Below are positions 9,276 through 18,049 of a stretch of DNA of 64,000 bases, in pieces. The stretch spans positions 1,536,001-1,600,000 of the forward strand of contig OY759316.1 in NCBI GenBank assembly GCA_963662275.1, written 5' to 3'. Source of the stretch: Candidatus Cloacimonadales bacterium. Lineage in GTDB: Bacteria > Cloacimonadota > Cloacimonadia > Cloacimonadales > DAONDQ01. The notes under the pieces were generated by a model. That model searched no databases. It saw nothing but the letters and a program-made list of their open reading frames with translations, and was not told the DNA's origin. How positions within the stretch are numbered: position 1 is the first letter of the stretch; each line of letters begins with the position of its first letter. The position numbers and the translations under genes are program-made.

Positions 9276-10247
9276 ATGAAGTTACCAATATTCATAGTTT
9301 GCAGTATTGAACTGGCAGAGATACCAACAGAGATTCATGTTGCACCTTTGGGAAAGTACAAAGGGCATCCGCAAGGTGAATTTGAAGTAACCCCAGCCGA
9401 TATTGAGACAATGATCAGGAATTTCAAATCATTGAAAAATGATGTTGTGATCGATTACGAACATCAGACGCTCAATTCCTCGGATAATGGCAGACCCGCA
9501 CCTGCAGCAGGTTGGGTAAAAGATATGCAAGCCCGTGATAATGGTTTATGGGGGACAACCCTGGAATGGACAAAAAACGCACAGGATGCCATAGCCAATA
9601 AAGAATACAAATATTTAAGTCCTGTTTTTATGCTTCATGCACCCGATCCCAAGACCGGAAAAGATATGGGGTTCTACCTGCATTCCGTTGCATTAACCAA
9701 TACACCCTTTTTCAGAGGCGATTTAGAAGCCTTATGGAATTCAATACAAATAACTGATAATCAACAACAGGAGGAATCCAACGTGAACTTAGAACAAGCA
9801 TTAGCCGAGATTGCCAGACTCAAAAGAGAATTGGCAACCTTACAGGCAAAAGACACAGACTCCACCGGCAAAATCAAAGCACTTGAAGCTCAGATTCAAA
9901 CTCTGCAAGCCAAGGTTGATGAAGTGACAGTGGCAGCCAAAGAGACAGAAGCAGAGACAGTCGTAGCCAAGGCTATCGAAGATAAGAAGCTGCTGCCTGC
10001 TCAAAAAGAATGGGCAAAGAAACTCTGTATGAGTGACCGCCCGGCATTCGATTCGTTCATGACAACCATGAGCCCTGTGGACATCACAAAAGGTGTTCAT
10101 ATCGAAGGCAAAGACAACCCAGGTGGCTTGACTTTTGCAAAGTTGATGGAAGATCCTGATGCAATGGAAAAGTGCAAGAAGGAAACACCTGAGCTTTTCG
10201 CAAAGCTTCACCAGGCACACGTTGCCAACCCAACCGGAGGTAAATAA
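9276..10247 (+). CDS. Mu-like prohead protease I with C-terminal scaffold
   Basis: 'VIDYEHQ', 'APAAGW', 'EYKYLSPVF', 'LHSVALTNTP'; coiled-coil C-terminal half. Confidence 0.93.
   Translation: MKLPIFIVCSIELAEIPTEIHVAPLGKYKGHPQGEFEVTPADIETMIRNFKSLKNDVVIDYEHQTLNSSDNGRPAPAAGWVKDMQARDNGLWGTTLEWTKNAQDAIANKEYKYLSPVFMLHAPDPKTGKDMGFYLHSVALTNTPFFRGDLEALWNSIQITDNQQQEESNVNLEQALAEIARLKRELATLQAKDTDSTGKIKALEAQIQTLQAKVDEVTVAAKETEAETVVAKAIEDKKLLPAQKEWAKKLCMSDRPAFDSFMTTMSPVDITKGVHIEGKDNPGGLTFAKLMEDPDAMEKCKKETPELFAKLHQAHVANPTGGK
9783..10247 (+). CDS. internally initiated scaffold protein (Mu gpZ-like)
   Basis: In-frame GTG at 9783 preceded by a strong AGGAGG RBS, at the end of the protease domain. Confidence 0.6.
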   Translation: MNLEQALAEIARLKRELATLQAKDTDSTGKIKALEAQIQTLQAKVDEVTVAAKETEAETVVAKAIEDKKLLPAQKEWAKKLCMSDRPAFDSFMTTMSPVDITKGVHIEGKDNPGGLTFAKLMEDPDAMEKCKKETPELFAKLHQAHVANPTGGK

Positions 10248-11122
10248 TGGCTGGATTCATTCCCGAATTGTGGACTGCTGAGTCCCTTAACCGTTTGGTT
10301 AGACAGGTCAAAGAGAAGATTCATTTACGCGCAACCGTAAAGGACTTTTCCAACTTTGCGAATCATGCAAAAGCAGACACAATCAATATTCCTGTTTTAG
10401 CTGATGGCACTGTTGTGGCACTTCCGATCACGGAAGGCAGAGCTAACTTTCTTGATACCAAAGGTACCGGTGTGGCACTGGTGTTAGATAAGGAATACGG
10501 TTACCCGTTCCAGGTCAGCAGCATTGACCAGGCACAAGCATCCGTAGCCTTACGTCAGGAATATACTGAAGCAGCTGCTGAAGCTCATCTCGATGGTGAA
10601 GATGAAGCAATCTTCAAAGCAATCGTTGATTCCTGCGACGGACATGCCGGGCATTATGCCACCGTTGAAGGTGGGGTGATCACAGTTCAGACGTTCCTCG
10701 ATGCACGTAAAGCTTTGAACGCTGCAGGAGCTCCCAAAAAGGGTCGAACCTTCGTCGTCTGTGCAGCCCACGAACGCAGTCTGTATGATATTGAAGAACT
10801 CAAAGACTTCAATAAGATCGGTCCAAACCAGGCTGTCAGAGAAGGATACATCGGCAAAGCATTCGGTTTTGACATCGTGATGCTGAATTCGACTCCTCAG
10901 CTTGCAGCCGGGGACACTGAATTCAACCTTTGGACAAATCCCGCGGTTGATGTGTCTGTGTTCTACCAGACCTTTGCTATGGGATTCGGAAGCTGGTGCG
11001 ACTTCGACGCCATGGAACAGGCAGATGCCGGGTTACCGGGCTGGCTGATCAACATCTACAAGAAGTACGGTTTGAAAGAACTGAAGCCTACTTTTGCATA
11101 CGCAGTGAAGACTGCAGCTTAA
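10247..11122 (+). CDS. major capsid protein (HK97 fold)
   Basis: Follows the protease; 'FIPELW', 'DTINIP', 'DARKALNAAGAP..GR', 'G.IGKAFGFDI'. Confidence 0.88.
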   Translation: MAGFIPELWTAESLNRLVRQVKEKIHLRATVKDFSNFANHAKADTINIPVLADGTVVALPITEGRANFLDTKGTGVALVLDKEYGYPFQVSSIDQAQASVALRQEYTEAAAEAHLDGEDEAIFKAIVDSCDGHAGHYATVEGGVITVQTFLDARKALNAAGAPKKGRTFVVCAAHERSLYDIEELKDFNKIGPNQAVREGYIGKAFGFDIVMLNSTPQLAAGDTEFNLWTNPAVDVSVFYQTFAMGFGSWCDFDAMEQADAGLPGWLINIYKKYGLKELKPTFAYAVKTAA

Positions 11123-11212
11123 GCAGAAGGTGCCAGGTCACAGGTAACAGGTGACAGGGCAGAGAATATAATGAGACGCCCGTGTTGGGCGTCTCTACAA
11201 CAAGAGGTAAAA

Positions 11213-11593
11213 ATGAAGAAACTTATACTTATCCTGATGATCACGATGATCCTTGCTTTTACGATTGGAATAGCTGAGGCACGTCCTCTGTTGCCGCGTG
11301 ATGCGAATGGGACTGCAATGCAGTTTCATAAGACTTTCACGGTGGAAAGAGATAGCTGCAATGCCGTGACAATACACAAAGCAACCGTTCCAACCAATGC
11401 CGTTGAAGCTATTCTATGGGTAAAGACAGCCCCCATATTTATATGTCCTGACAGCACTGCAACACTTTTAAATTATGCGGAGATACCTGCTGGCATGGTG
11501 GTGCGAATACCTGTAACCAATATGACCAAGTTTTATTACAGATCGGTGACCGCAACTGCCTCAATTTTGAATATCATTTGGTGTAAGGACTAG
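11213..11593 (+). CDS. phage protein with Sec-type signal peptide
   Basis: MKK + hydrophobic stretch + AEA cleavage motif; GAGG RBS. Confidence 0.7.
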   Translation: MKKLILILMITMILAFTIGIAEARPLLPRDANGTAMQFHKTFTVERDSCNAVTIHKATVPTNAVEAILWVKTAPIFICPDSTATLLNYAEIPAGMVVRIPVTNMTKFYYRSVTATASILNIIWCKD

Positions 11594-11669
11594 GCAAAAT
11601 CCGTTTTGCAATTTAAAATTAAGAATTAAGAATTAAGAATTGCAGAGCGGAAAAAGCCAAGGATAAATA

Positions 11670-11999
11670 ATGACAGCACAAGCAAGCCAGATAATGCTCT
11701 ATATCGTATCTACTCTCCTAGCCCTGGTGATTAGCATAGGCGGCGCATATGTGCGCCGTCTGTGTGTTCAACTGGATGAACAAAAGAAAGCTATAGCCGA
11801 TGGAGAAGTTAAGGCTGTAGCCTTGGAATTGAAGGTTAACAGCATATCTGAGCACTGCAATGCTTGCTCTAAAAATCTCTTAAATGAAGATTCAATTAGA
11901 ACAATAATGCGTGAAGAACTAACCAACGCATTTAACACATTCGAGCTGACGCTGATCAATGATGGGCGTATGGCTCCCAAAAAGAATAAACCAGTGTAG
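11670..11999 (+). CDS. phage membrane protein (holin/hemolysin-like)
   Basis: One N-terminal TM helix followed by a coiled coil. Confidence 0.55.
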   Translation: MTAQASQIMLYIVSTLLALVISIGGAYVRRLCVQLDEQKKAIADGEVKAVALELKVNSISEHCNACSKNLLNEDSIRTIMREELTNAFNTFELTLINDGRMAPKKNKPV

Positions 12000-12007
12000 G
12001 AGAAGAT

Positions 12008-12265
12008 ATGAAAGATAAGAAAACAGGGAACAGGGAACAGGGAACAGCAGCAGAACAGATTGCTGCTTTCATTGCATATATCGAAGCTAACAATTACCAT
12101 TGCGGTAATGATTACCTGGTTGATACACCAGAATATAAGGCATTGAAGGGAAGCAACCTGAAGGATGCCACCACCGAAAGTAAAAGCAACCTGAAGGATG
12201 CAACTACCGAGGATAAAAGCAACCTGAAGGATGCTGCTACCAAAGAGAAAGGAGAGAAGCAATGA
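12008..12265 (+). CDS. small phage protein, largely repeat-encoded
   Basis: GGAGA RBS; contains (GGAACAG)n and three 33-bp REP-derived SNLKDA[T/A]T repeats. Confidence 0.5.
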   Translation: MKDKKTGNREQGTAAEQIAAFIAYIEANNYHCGNDYLVDTPEYKALKGSNLKDATTESKSNLKDATTEDKSNLKDAATKEKGEKQ

Positions 12266-12702
12266 TGAAAATAACAATCCTGATCATGATAGTAATCATG
12301 ATCTTCCTGATGCCGGTAATGCTTTGTGCTATGAATCTGCATGACGCAGGAAATCAGATGATCAGCGTTTTAACACCGATTATTCTTTTGGCGATGATTC
12401 CAGTTGTAGGGCGTTTCTTCAAGAAAATCGGCATAGATATTGGTAATGACCAGATTTCCACCATCCTTACAACGATCATTAATATACTGGTTAATCTTGA
12501 TTTGAAAAACCCGAAAATGTCTTCTGCTGATAAGAAGCTGATGGCTGTTAAAATGGTGAAAGAAGCACTACCACAAGCTTCGATAGATGCACTTCGCGCT
12601 AAATATGGAAGCGTTGAAACTGCAGTGCAGGCAGCGTTCGAAAAAAGCAGCCTGAATAAACAACTGAAGGTGGTTGGATCTGTAACCTCCTCTCCAAAAT
12701 AA
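12262..12702 (+). CDS. putative holin
   Basis: Two hydrophobic segments followed by 'ADKKLMAV..V...L....I..AV' (LL-H-like). Confidence 0.55.
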   Translation: MMKITILIMIVIMIFLMPVMLCAMNLHDAGNQMISVLTPIILLAMIPVVGRFFKKIGIDIGNDQISTILTTIINILVNLDLKNPKMSSADKKLMAVKMVKEALPQASIDALRAKYGSVETAVQAAFEKSSLNKQLKVVGSVTSSPK

Positions 12703-12785
12703 CAGATAGCAAGAACGGCGTCTTGCTTTACCGAAAGAAGAATAGCAAGAACGGCGTCTTGCTTTACAAACAATAAGGACGTAAC

Positions 12786-13226
12786 ATGAAATTTTTCGAT
12801 AAAATCTACTACAGAGCTGCAGGCACCCCATTCACCACTATAGCCCAAAGCGGACTAGCCGGTGCCGGATTCATTTTGCTTGTCGGTGCTATTGCAGATA
12901 AGACAAAAAACGGCATGGAACCTGATGCAAAAAGTGAAATGGGAGACGGCTCCCAATACACGGAAAGTGTGAAGTGTAGCCCGGAGATTGTCGTGAAGAA
13001 CTTCACTGCTGCCAACTATGCAACAATTCTAGCAGCTTTCGTCAATACACATGTAGATGTTCTATTCATGGACAGCGCACAGCCAGCCCTCTGCAGTGTA
13101 GCCTGGAATACGGTTCTGTATCCAGCTATTGATGTGAGCGGTGAAGCACAGATCAAGCTTGCCGGCGAAAAGAAAACCGGCGTAGGCGCTACTGCGTTGC
13201 CATTCGGATTCACGGCGATCACGTAA
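12786..13226 (+). CDS. putative tail tube/major tail protein
   Basis: Size and position; shares a pattern with the N-terminal part of the next gene. Confidence 0.45.
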   Translation: MKFFDKIYYRAAGTPFTTIAQSGLAGAGFILLVGAIADKTKNGMEPDAKSEMGDGSQYTESVKCSPEIVVKNFTAANYATILAAFVNTHVDVLFMDSAQPALCSVAWNTVLYPAIDVSGEAQIKLAGEKKTGVGATALPFGFTAIT

Positions 13227-13289
13227 GGCATTATAGACTATAAAGGGCGGTCCTGTGGCTGCCCTTCTGTGTAAAAAAGAGGAGCTTCA

Positions 13290-14000
13290 ATGCAATTTTA
13301 TAATACATATATTCGGCTTGCCGGGACAAAATTTGTGGCATGGACAGATGATCCAACAGAGCCATTGCACCTTTTCGACAAGCTTGAGCTAGGAATGCAA
13401 AATCCTAAAATAGCATTAGAACCAGTCTGGACACCACTTAGTGACGGTTCATCACGAACTGATGCAGTCAAAAGGAGCATTGACTGCGGGACGCTGAGAG
13501 TAACAAAGACGGAATATGACTATTTGCGCACCACATTTCACAATCAATTATGCGATTTCATATTAATGGATAATAATTCCAAAGTTCCGTTTATTCCCGT
13601 TCTTTTCAATGTGAGAGTGGCAATCAGTCATATTGTAACTTCAAAAGAAGCTGAAATAATCAAAATTACCGGTACTGCAACATCCGGCATAGATGCAGCG
13701 CAATCCTTTTATGTCATGACATTCAGCGAACGAACAACCATATCTGGAACTGTATTTGCCACTGACGGCGTAACTCCAGTCGTGGGTGCTCAAGTAATAG
13801 GTGTAATGGGAGGTGTGGAAGCAGGATGCGTCACAGACAAGGACGGCAATTACTTCTTTACTGTAAATAGTTTTGAACCCACTATTATTCTTGAATGCGA
13901 AAAGACCGGAGGCTGGGTCTGGGGAACAATAACCAGGACAGATATACCACAATATACAGAGGTTCAAATCGATATAATAGCCAGTACCGACGGGAGCTAA
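13290..14000 (+). CDS. phage tail protein with C-terminal carboxypeptidase-regulatory-like Ig domain
   Basis: 'TISGTV...DG.TPVVGAQV......TDKDGNY'. Confidence 0.65.
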   Translation: MQFYNTYIRLAGTKFVAWTDDPTEPLHLFDKLELGMQNPKIALEPVWTPLSDGSSRTDAVKRSIDCGTLRVTKTEYDYLRTTFHNQLCDFILMDNNSKVPFIPVLFNVRVAISHIVTSKEAEIIKITGTATSGIDAAQSFYVMTFSERTTISGTVFATDGVTPVVGAQVIGVMGGVEAGCVTDKDGNYFFTVNSFEPTIILECEKTGGWVWGTITRTDIPQYTEVQIDIIASTDGS

Positions 14001-14001
14001 C

Positions 14002-14565
14002 ATGGATAAAAGACAAGCAATGAGAGATTGGCTTCTCAATCCACAATTAACATCTGCAGTGGCAGCAGTGATCAAAAAGTACGGTATCGACAACTTCGGT
14101 GCCAAGGCTGTTATCCCTGATGGTGGCTGGAGTCCTGAAATATTAGCCAACGGCTTTGTGACCTATTCCAATTATTTCAAGGTAGATCTATCGATGATGC
14201 TGGCTCAGGGCATTGCAGAATGTCACTTTGGCTGCAATCCAGCCGCTTCCAAATCCAGACGCACGTTCAATATCTTCAACGTAGGCAATACCGATTCCGG
14301 AGCTGAAGAAGTGCAGAATGGATGGGTAGATGGAATCCGGAGATATGCACGAGTCATGGCAAGTGAATACAACTACCACGATGATCCTGAAGGCTGGGTA
14401 ATGATGGAGAGCATGGTCTCTCATAAGTTCACACGTCCGAGAGGTGGAGTGTATTCCACCACGAAAGATTATGAAAAGCTGGTGAGCGTATTGGCGATGA
14501 AGATAAGGAAACTACTCACCCCCAACCCCTCTCTTGTACCAAAAGAGGGGAGTAAAAACGCCTAA
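14002..14565 (+). CDS. endolysin, glucosaminidase/lysozyme-like
   Basis: 'LAQGIAECHFG', 'NIFNVG', 'W.DGI..Y', 'YST...Y'. Confidence 0.7.
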   Translation: MDKRQAMRDWLLNPQLTSAVAAVIKKYGIDNFGAKAVIPDGGWSPEILANGFVTYSNYFKVDLSMMLAQGIAECHFGCNPAASKSRRTFNIFNVGNTDSGAEEVQNGWVDGIRRYARVMASEYNYHDDPEGWVMMESMVSHKFTRPRGGVYSTTKDYEKLVSVLAMKIRKLLTPNPSLVPKEGSKNA

Positions 14566-14576
14566 AGTCGAGTAAA

Positions 14577-14918
14577 ATGCTATACAATATTGTTGAGAGC
14601 TTGACTGCTAAGATCGGAACCCGCTTCCAAACAGAAGTTGGTGCCAGCTTGGAAGTTCAAGCTCCCAACAGCTCTGGGATTTGGAATGAATCTCAATATG
14701 AGATTAATCCTAAAATTATTAATTATGGGATGATATCGAAGTCAATATATATGCGATGGAGTCCAAGTAAGTATGTAAAAATATATAACATGAAGCTGTC
14801 TGAACCGCAGATGATAGCTGCCACAAAGCGCACAGGCGGTAGAACAATAACTTTAAACAGCCCGCTCCCGGGAGCAATAATTGTGGTTACAACAGACGGG
14901 ACAGATCCTGTAATTTAA
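14577..14918 (+). CDS. phage protein ending in the N-terminal half of a chitobiase/beta-hexosaminidase C-terminal (Fn3-associated) domain
   Basis: 'TITLNSPLPGAIIVVTTDGTDP'. Confidence 0.55.
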   Translation: MLYNIVESLTAKIGTRFQTEVGASLEVQAPNSSGIWNESQYEINPKIINYGMISKSIYMRWSPSKYVKIYNMKLSEPQMIAATKRTGGRTITLNSPLPGAIIVVTTDGTDPVI

Positions 14919-14936
14919 AACGCTTAGGAGAGATAA

Positions 14937-16154
14937 ATGGCTGATGAGATAATTGGGCAAACACCTAAAGAAAGATTTGATGATGAAACAGATTGTTACA
15001 AGGCAGGTTCCACTTCAAATCCATTAAACCCAGTAAAAGGCAATTTTTTATCTTTCCTGGAAAACCCTGACGAAACGGATAAAAATAAATCTGTAGTTAC
15101 GACAACACAAATTGATCTAATTTCTGATGTCATTAAAGAGCTGTGCGGATTAACACTCTCTGAAATACTGCCTTATTCAGGTTCAGGGACAGAACTTGAC
15201 CCTTATCTTATAGATACTCCACACAAATTGGATATGGTAAGGAATAATCTCTCCGCTTTTTACAAACAAACAGCCAATATCTCTCTTTCTAAATATTTTA
15301 GCTGGAACCCTATTGGAGATTTAGCACATCCTTTTCGAGGTAATTATGATGGTAATGGTTATGCAATCAGCGATCTGACATGCAATGAAGTTTCCTACAG
15401 CGGATTATTCGGCTGTTTGAACGGTGCCTCATTAACAGATATAGTCATAACAGAGGCAGTTATATCCACATCTGCAATCAATGAGGGTGAAGAGAGTGAC
15501 TGTGGAGTATTAGCTGCTGTTATTGCAGGTACAACGGGAAGTACTATTACAGGATGCAGAGCGGAAGGTACATTATCTGCTATTTTGCGGGGTGGCGGTC
15601 TAATAGGCAATATCCAGGATGGAAACACTATTATCTCTTTATCTTCTGCAGATGTATCTGTAACTATTCAATCCGGCAGCGGATTGGGTGGCGGGTTTGT
15701 GGCGACAACGATAGCAACAATATCAGAATCCAAATCAACCGGTAACGTGTCAGGAGGATCCGGATCTACAATCGGTGGATTTGCAGGGAATGCATTATCG
15801 GGTGCAATTGCAAACTGTTATACTACCGGCAACGTTACAGGGACAGGAGATGCTTCCGGCGGTTTCCTGGGGACATCTGAAGCGGGCTTAATTACTAACT
15901 GTTATGCTACCGGTGCAGTTTCCAATAATGCCACAGCACACTTTGGCTTTTGTGCGCTGGCAGAGTATAATGATTTCACTGGCAGTTTTTTTGACGTAAC
16001 AACAACAGGACAGACAGAAACGCCCAATGCAGGTGCAATAGGATATATCACGGCAACGATGAAAACGCCGGCTATATATAGCGATGCGGAGTGGGATGCA
16101 GATGTCTGGCTTTTAGAAAATAATCAATATCCTGTTCTGAAATGGGAAGCATAA
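14937..16154 (+). CDS. GLUG-motif beta-helix protein
   Basis: 'GSGTELDPYLI', 'Y.QTA.I.L', 'W.PIG...PF.G.YDGNGY.I', repeated 'GG..G...I..CY.TG.V'. Confidence 0.9.
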   Translation: MADEIIGQTPKERFDDETDCYKAGSTSNPLNPVKGNFLSFLENPDETDKNKSVVTTTQIDLISDVIKELCGLTLSEILPYSGSGTELDPYLIDTPHKLDMVRNNLSAFYKQTANISLSKYFSWNPIGDLAHPFRGNYDGNGYAISDLTCNEVSYSGLFGCLNGASLTDIVITEAVISTSAINEGEESDCGVLAAVIAGTTGSTITGCRAEGTLSAILRGGGLIGNIQDGNTIISLSSADVSVTIQSGSGLGGGFVATTIATISESKSTGNVSGGSGSTIGGFAGNALSGAIANCYTTGNVTGTGDASGGFLGTSEAGLITNCYATGAVSNNATAHFGFCALAEYNDFTGSFFDVTTTGQTETPNAGAIGYITATMKTPAIYSDAEWDADVWLLENNQYPVLKWEA

Positions 16155-17189
16155 ATGGAAACAAATACGGCAATAATCAGTTTAATGGATGGCATAAATA
16201 CTGATAATATGCTGGGCTATATTCAACAGATGGTGGATTTTGGCTCTAGATACGCACATCCTGACACGGTTGGCATTGATAATGTGGAACCAGCCTTAAT
16301 TGCATTATTTCAATCCTTTGGCTATGAAAACGCCTATAAATGGTATGCTGAAAACCTGGCATTTTCTCCTATGAATGGCTTTGGAAATATTATAGCCTAC
16401 ATTACCGGCTGTAAATATCCTGAAGAACAAATAATAATAGGAGCACATTGGGATTCATTCAGTAGTACCCCTTATACTGATGCTCCGGGAGCAACCGATA
16501 ACGCATCAGGATGTGGTGTAGTACTGGAAATAGCCAGAGCAATCAAAGCAAGCAATTTAGCTCCAGAAAGGACAATAAAATTCATACTTTGGGCAAATGA
16601 AGAAGTTGGGAGGCCGGGGTCATATAATTACGTTGATATTGCAAAAAAAAATGGGGATAATATAGTATTATATATTAACGCAGATATGGTTGGGATAAAA
16701 AGAGACCCAGCACTTAACCTGCCTGACGTAAGCTATACACATAGATACGGCATTGATATTGACAAAAACCTTCGAATTATCAATACCTTCAGCAAATATG
16801 TACCGGAACTAAATGTGATAAAATATATGGATGAACCATATCCTCCAGATAATCCAATTCCTCAATATTACCCTCTCGAAAGTGACAATGTACCTTTTGA
16901 CGACATGCTGTACGACAACATAAACTTCTGCACGTTAGGGTTTCATCCGTATATACCAGAATATACATGGTCTCACACCCCAAACGATACATTGGATAAA
17001 ATAGACCCGATCAATCTGAAAAAGTGTGCAAATGCATGTATGTCGGTACTTGCTGAATTTGCAGGAATGTCTATACTGCGAGGAAGTCAGATAACGCTTA
17101 CACTGACAGAAACAACAACGGTAAAGGCTAGAGCGTTTAAGACCGGCTATGCAGATAGTGATATTATTGAAAAGACTTATGTAATATAA
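16155..17189 (+). CDS. M28 family Zn-metallopeptidase ending in the C-terminal half of a CHB_HEX_C domain
   Basis: 'IIIGAHWDS', 'PGATDNASG', 'EEVG..GS', 'YINADM', 'SD..PF', 'HTPNDT'; tail 'TTTVKARAFKTG..DS'. Confidence 0.9.
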   Translation: METNTAIISLMDGINTDNMLGYIQQMVDFGSRYAHPDTVGIDNVEPALIALFQSFGYENAYKWYAENLAFSPMNGFGNIIAYITGCKYPEEQIIIGAHWDSFSSTPYTDAPGATDNASGCGVVLEIARAIKASNLAPERTIKFILWANEEVGRPGSYNYVDIAKKNGDNIVLYINADMVGIKRDPALNLPDVSYTHRYGIDIDKNLRIINTFSKYVPELNVIKYMDEPYPPDNPIPQYYPLESDNVPFDDMLYDNINFCTLGFHPYIPEYTWSHTPNDTLDKIDPINLKKCANACMSVLAEFAGMSILRGSQITLTLTETTTVKARAFKTGYADSDIIEKTYVI

Positions 17190-17198
17190 GGAGATTGA

Positions 17199-17513
17199 GT
17201 GAAAGACATCAATATGTATTCAGGTGATTCCGTTCTAGTGGAAGTGACTATATTAGATTCGAATCAACGTCCTTATGATCTGGCAGGCAACGAGATTGAT
17301 GAATTGAACATGATTGTAGGTCTGACTGCGGGTACACTGACCTTTTCCGGGACTATCATAGATGGAAATAAGGTGCAATTTGGAATACCATCAGAGGTCA
17401 TCACTGAAATTGGTGATATACCCTACCAGATCGTGATATCATCCACCACTAACGCACTGAAGTTCACAGTGGCAGATGGATATCTGAAAGTGAAAGAAGT
17501 CATAACAATTTAG
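17199..17513 (+). CDS. phage tail/baseplate upper-like protein
   Basis: 'Y.GDS..VEVTI.D...PYDL'; GGAG RBS with GTG start. Confidence 0.55.
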   Translation: MKDINMYSGDSVLVEVTILDSNQRPYDLAGNEIDELNMIVGLTAGTLTFSGTIIDGNKVQFGIPSEVITEIGDIPYQIVISSTTNALKFTVADGYLKVKEVITI

Positions 17514-17525
17514 TTAGGAGAGAAG

Positions 17526-17888
17526 ATGAAGATTTACAACACATTAAAGACCGATAAGGCAGTATGGGCTATCCTGCGTGAAATGAAGCTCAATGAGATC
17601 AACCTTGGTGATATTATGATGGGGATTAAAGACGGTATCCTGAATATTCCGTTCAGCCTGATCCTGGATAAAATTCACCAGGAAAACAAACTTGAACTGC
17701 TGCTTTCCACCATTACCCGGAGCGAAACTTATATCGATGCAGATGGTAAATCCATTGCCTGGGATGAATGCGAACGAGATGAATACATTCGGATACTGAC
17801 AGCTTTTTTTACGCCTATGCTGCCGATGTTAATCGAGCTAATGCAGTTTTCAATGGCTCAGATAGTGAAACAGACAGCAGCGGAATAG
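17526..17888 (+). CDS. tail assembly chaperone (gpG-like)
   Basis: Directly upstream of the tape measure gene; contains the slippery site T TTT TTT at 17804-17810. Confidence 0.75.
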   Translation: MKIYNTLKTDKAVWAILREMKLNEINLGDIMMGIKDGILNIPFSLILDKIHQENKLELLLSTITRSETYIDADGKSIAWDECERDEYIRILTAFFTPMLPMLIELMQFSMAQIVKQTAAE

Positions 17889-18049
17889 ATGATGATGCAC
17901 CCTTCTTCTATCATATCTCTTACAATCTGCAAAAGATTGGTATCATGAATCACGATATCAGCATGGAAGAAGCAAACTACTATATCCTTTGGCATAATGA
18001 AGAAATACGGATTGCGAACGCAATAGCTAAGGCGGAGATGAATGGCTGA
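17526..18049 (+). CDS. frameshifted tail chaperone (gpGT-like), -1 shift at 17804-17810
   Basis: The -1 frame from 17810 is open for 79 codons to TGA 18047-18049, overlapping the tape measure start. Confidence 0.75.

Noticed and set aside
11768..12848. Minus-strand ORFs of 169 and 164 aa
   Set aside because: Antisense to RBS-bearing phage genes; their repeated peptides come from REP copies.
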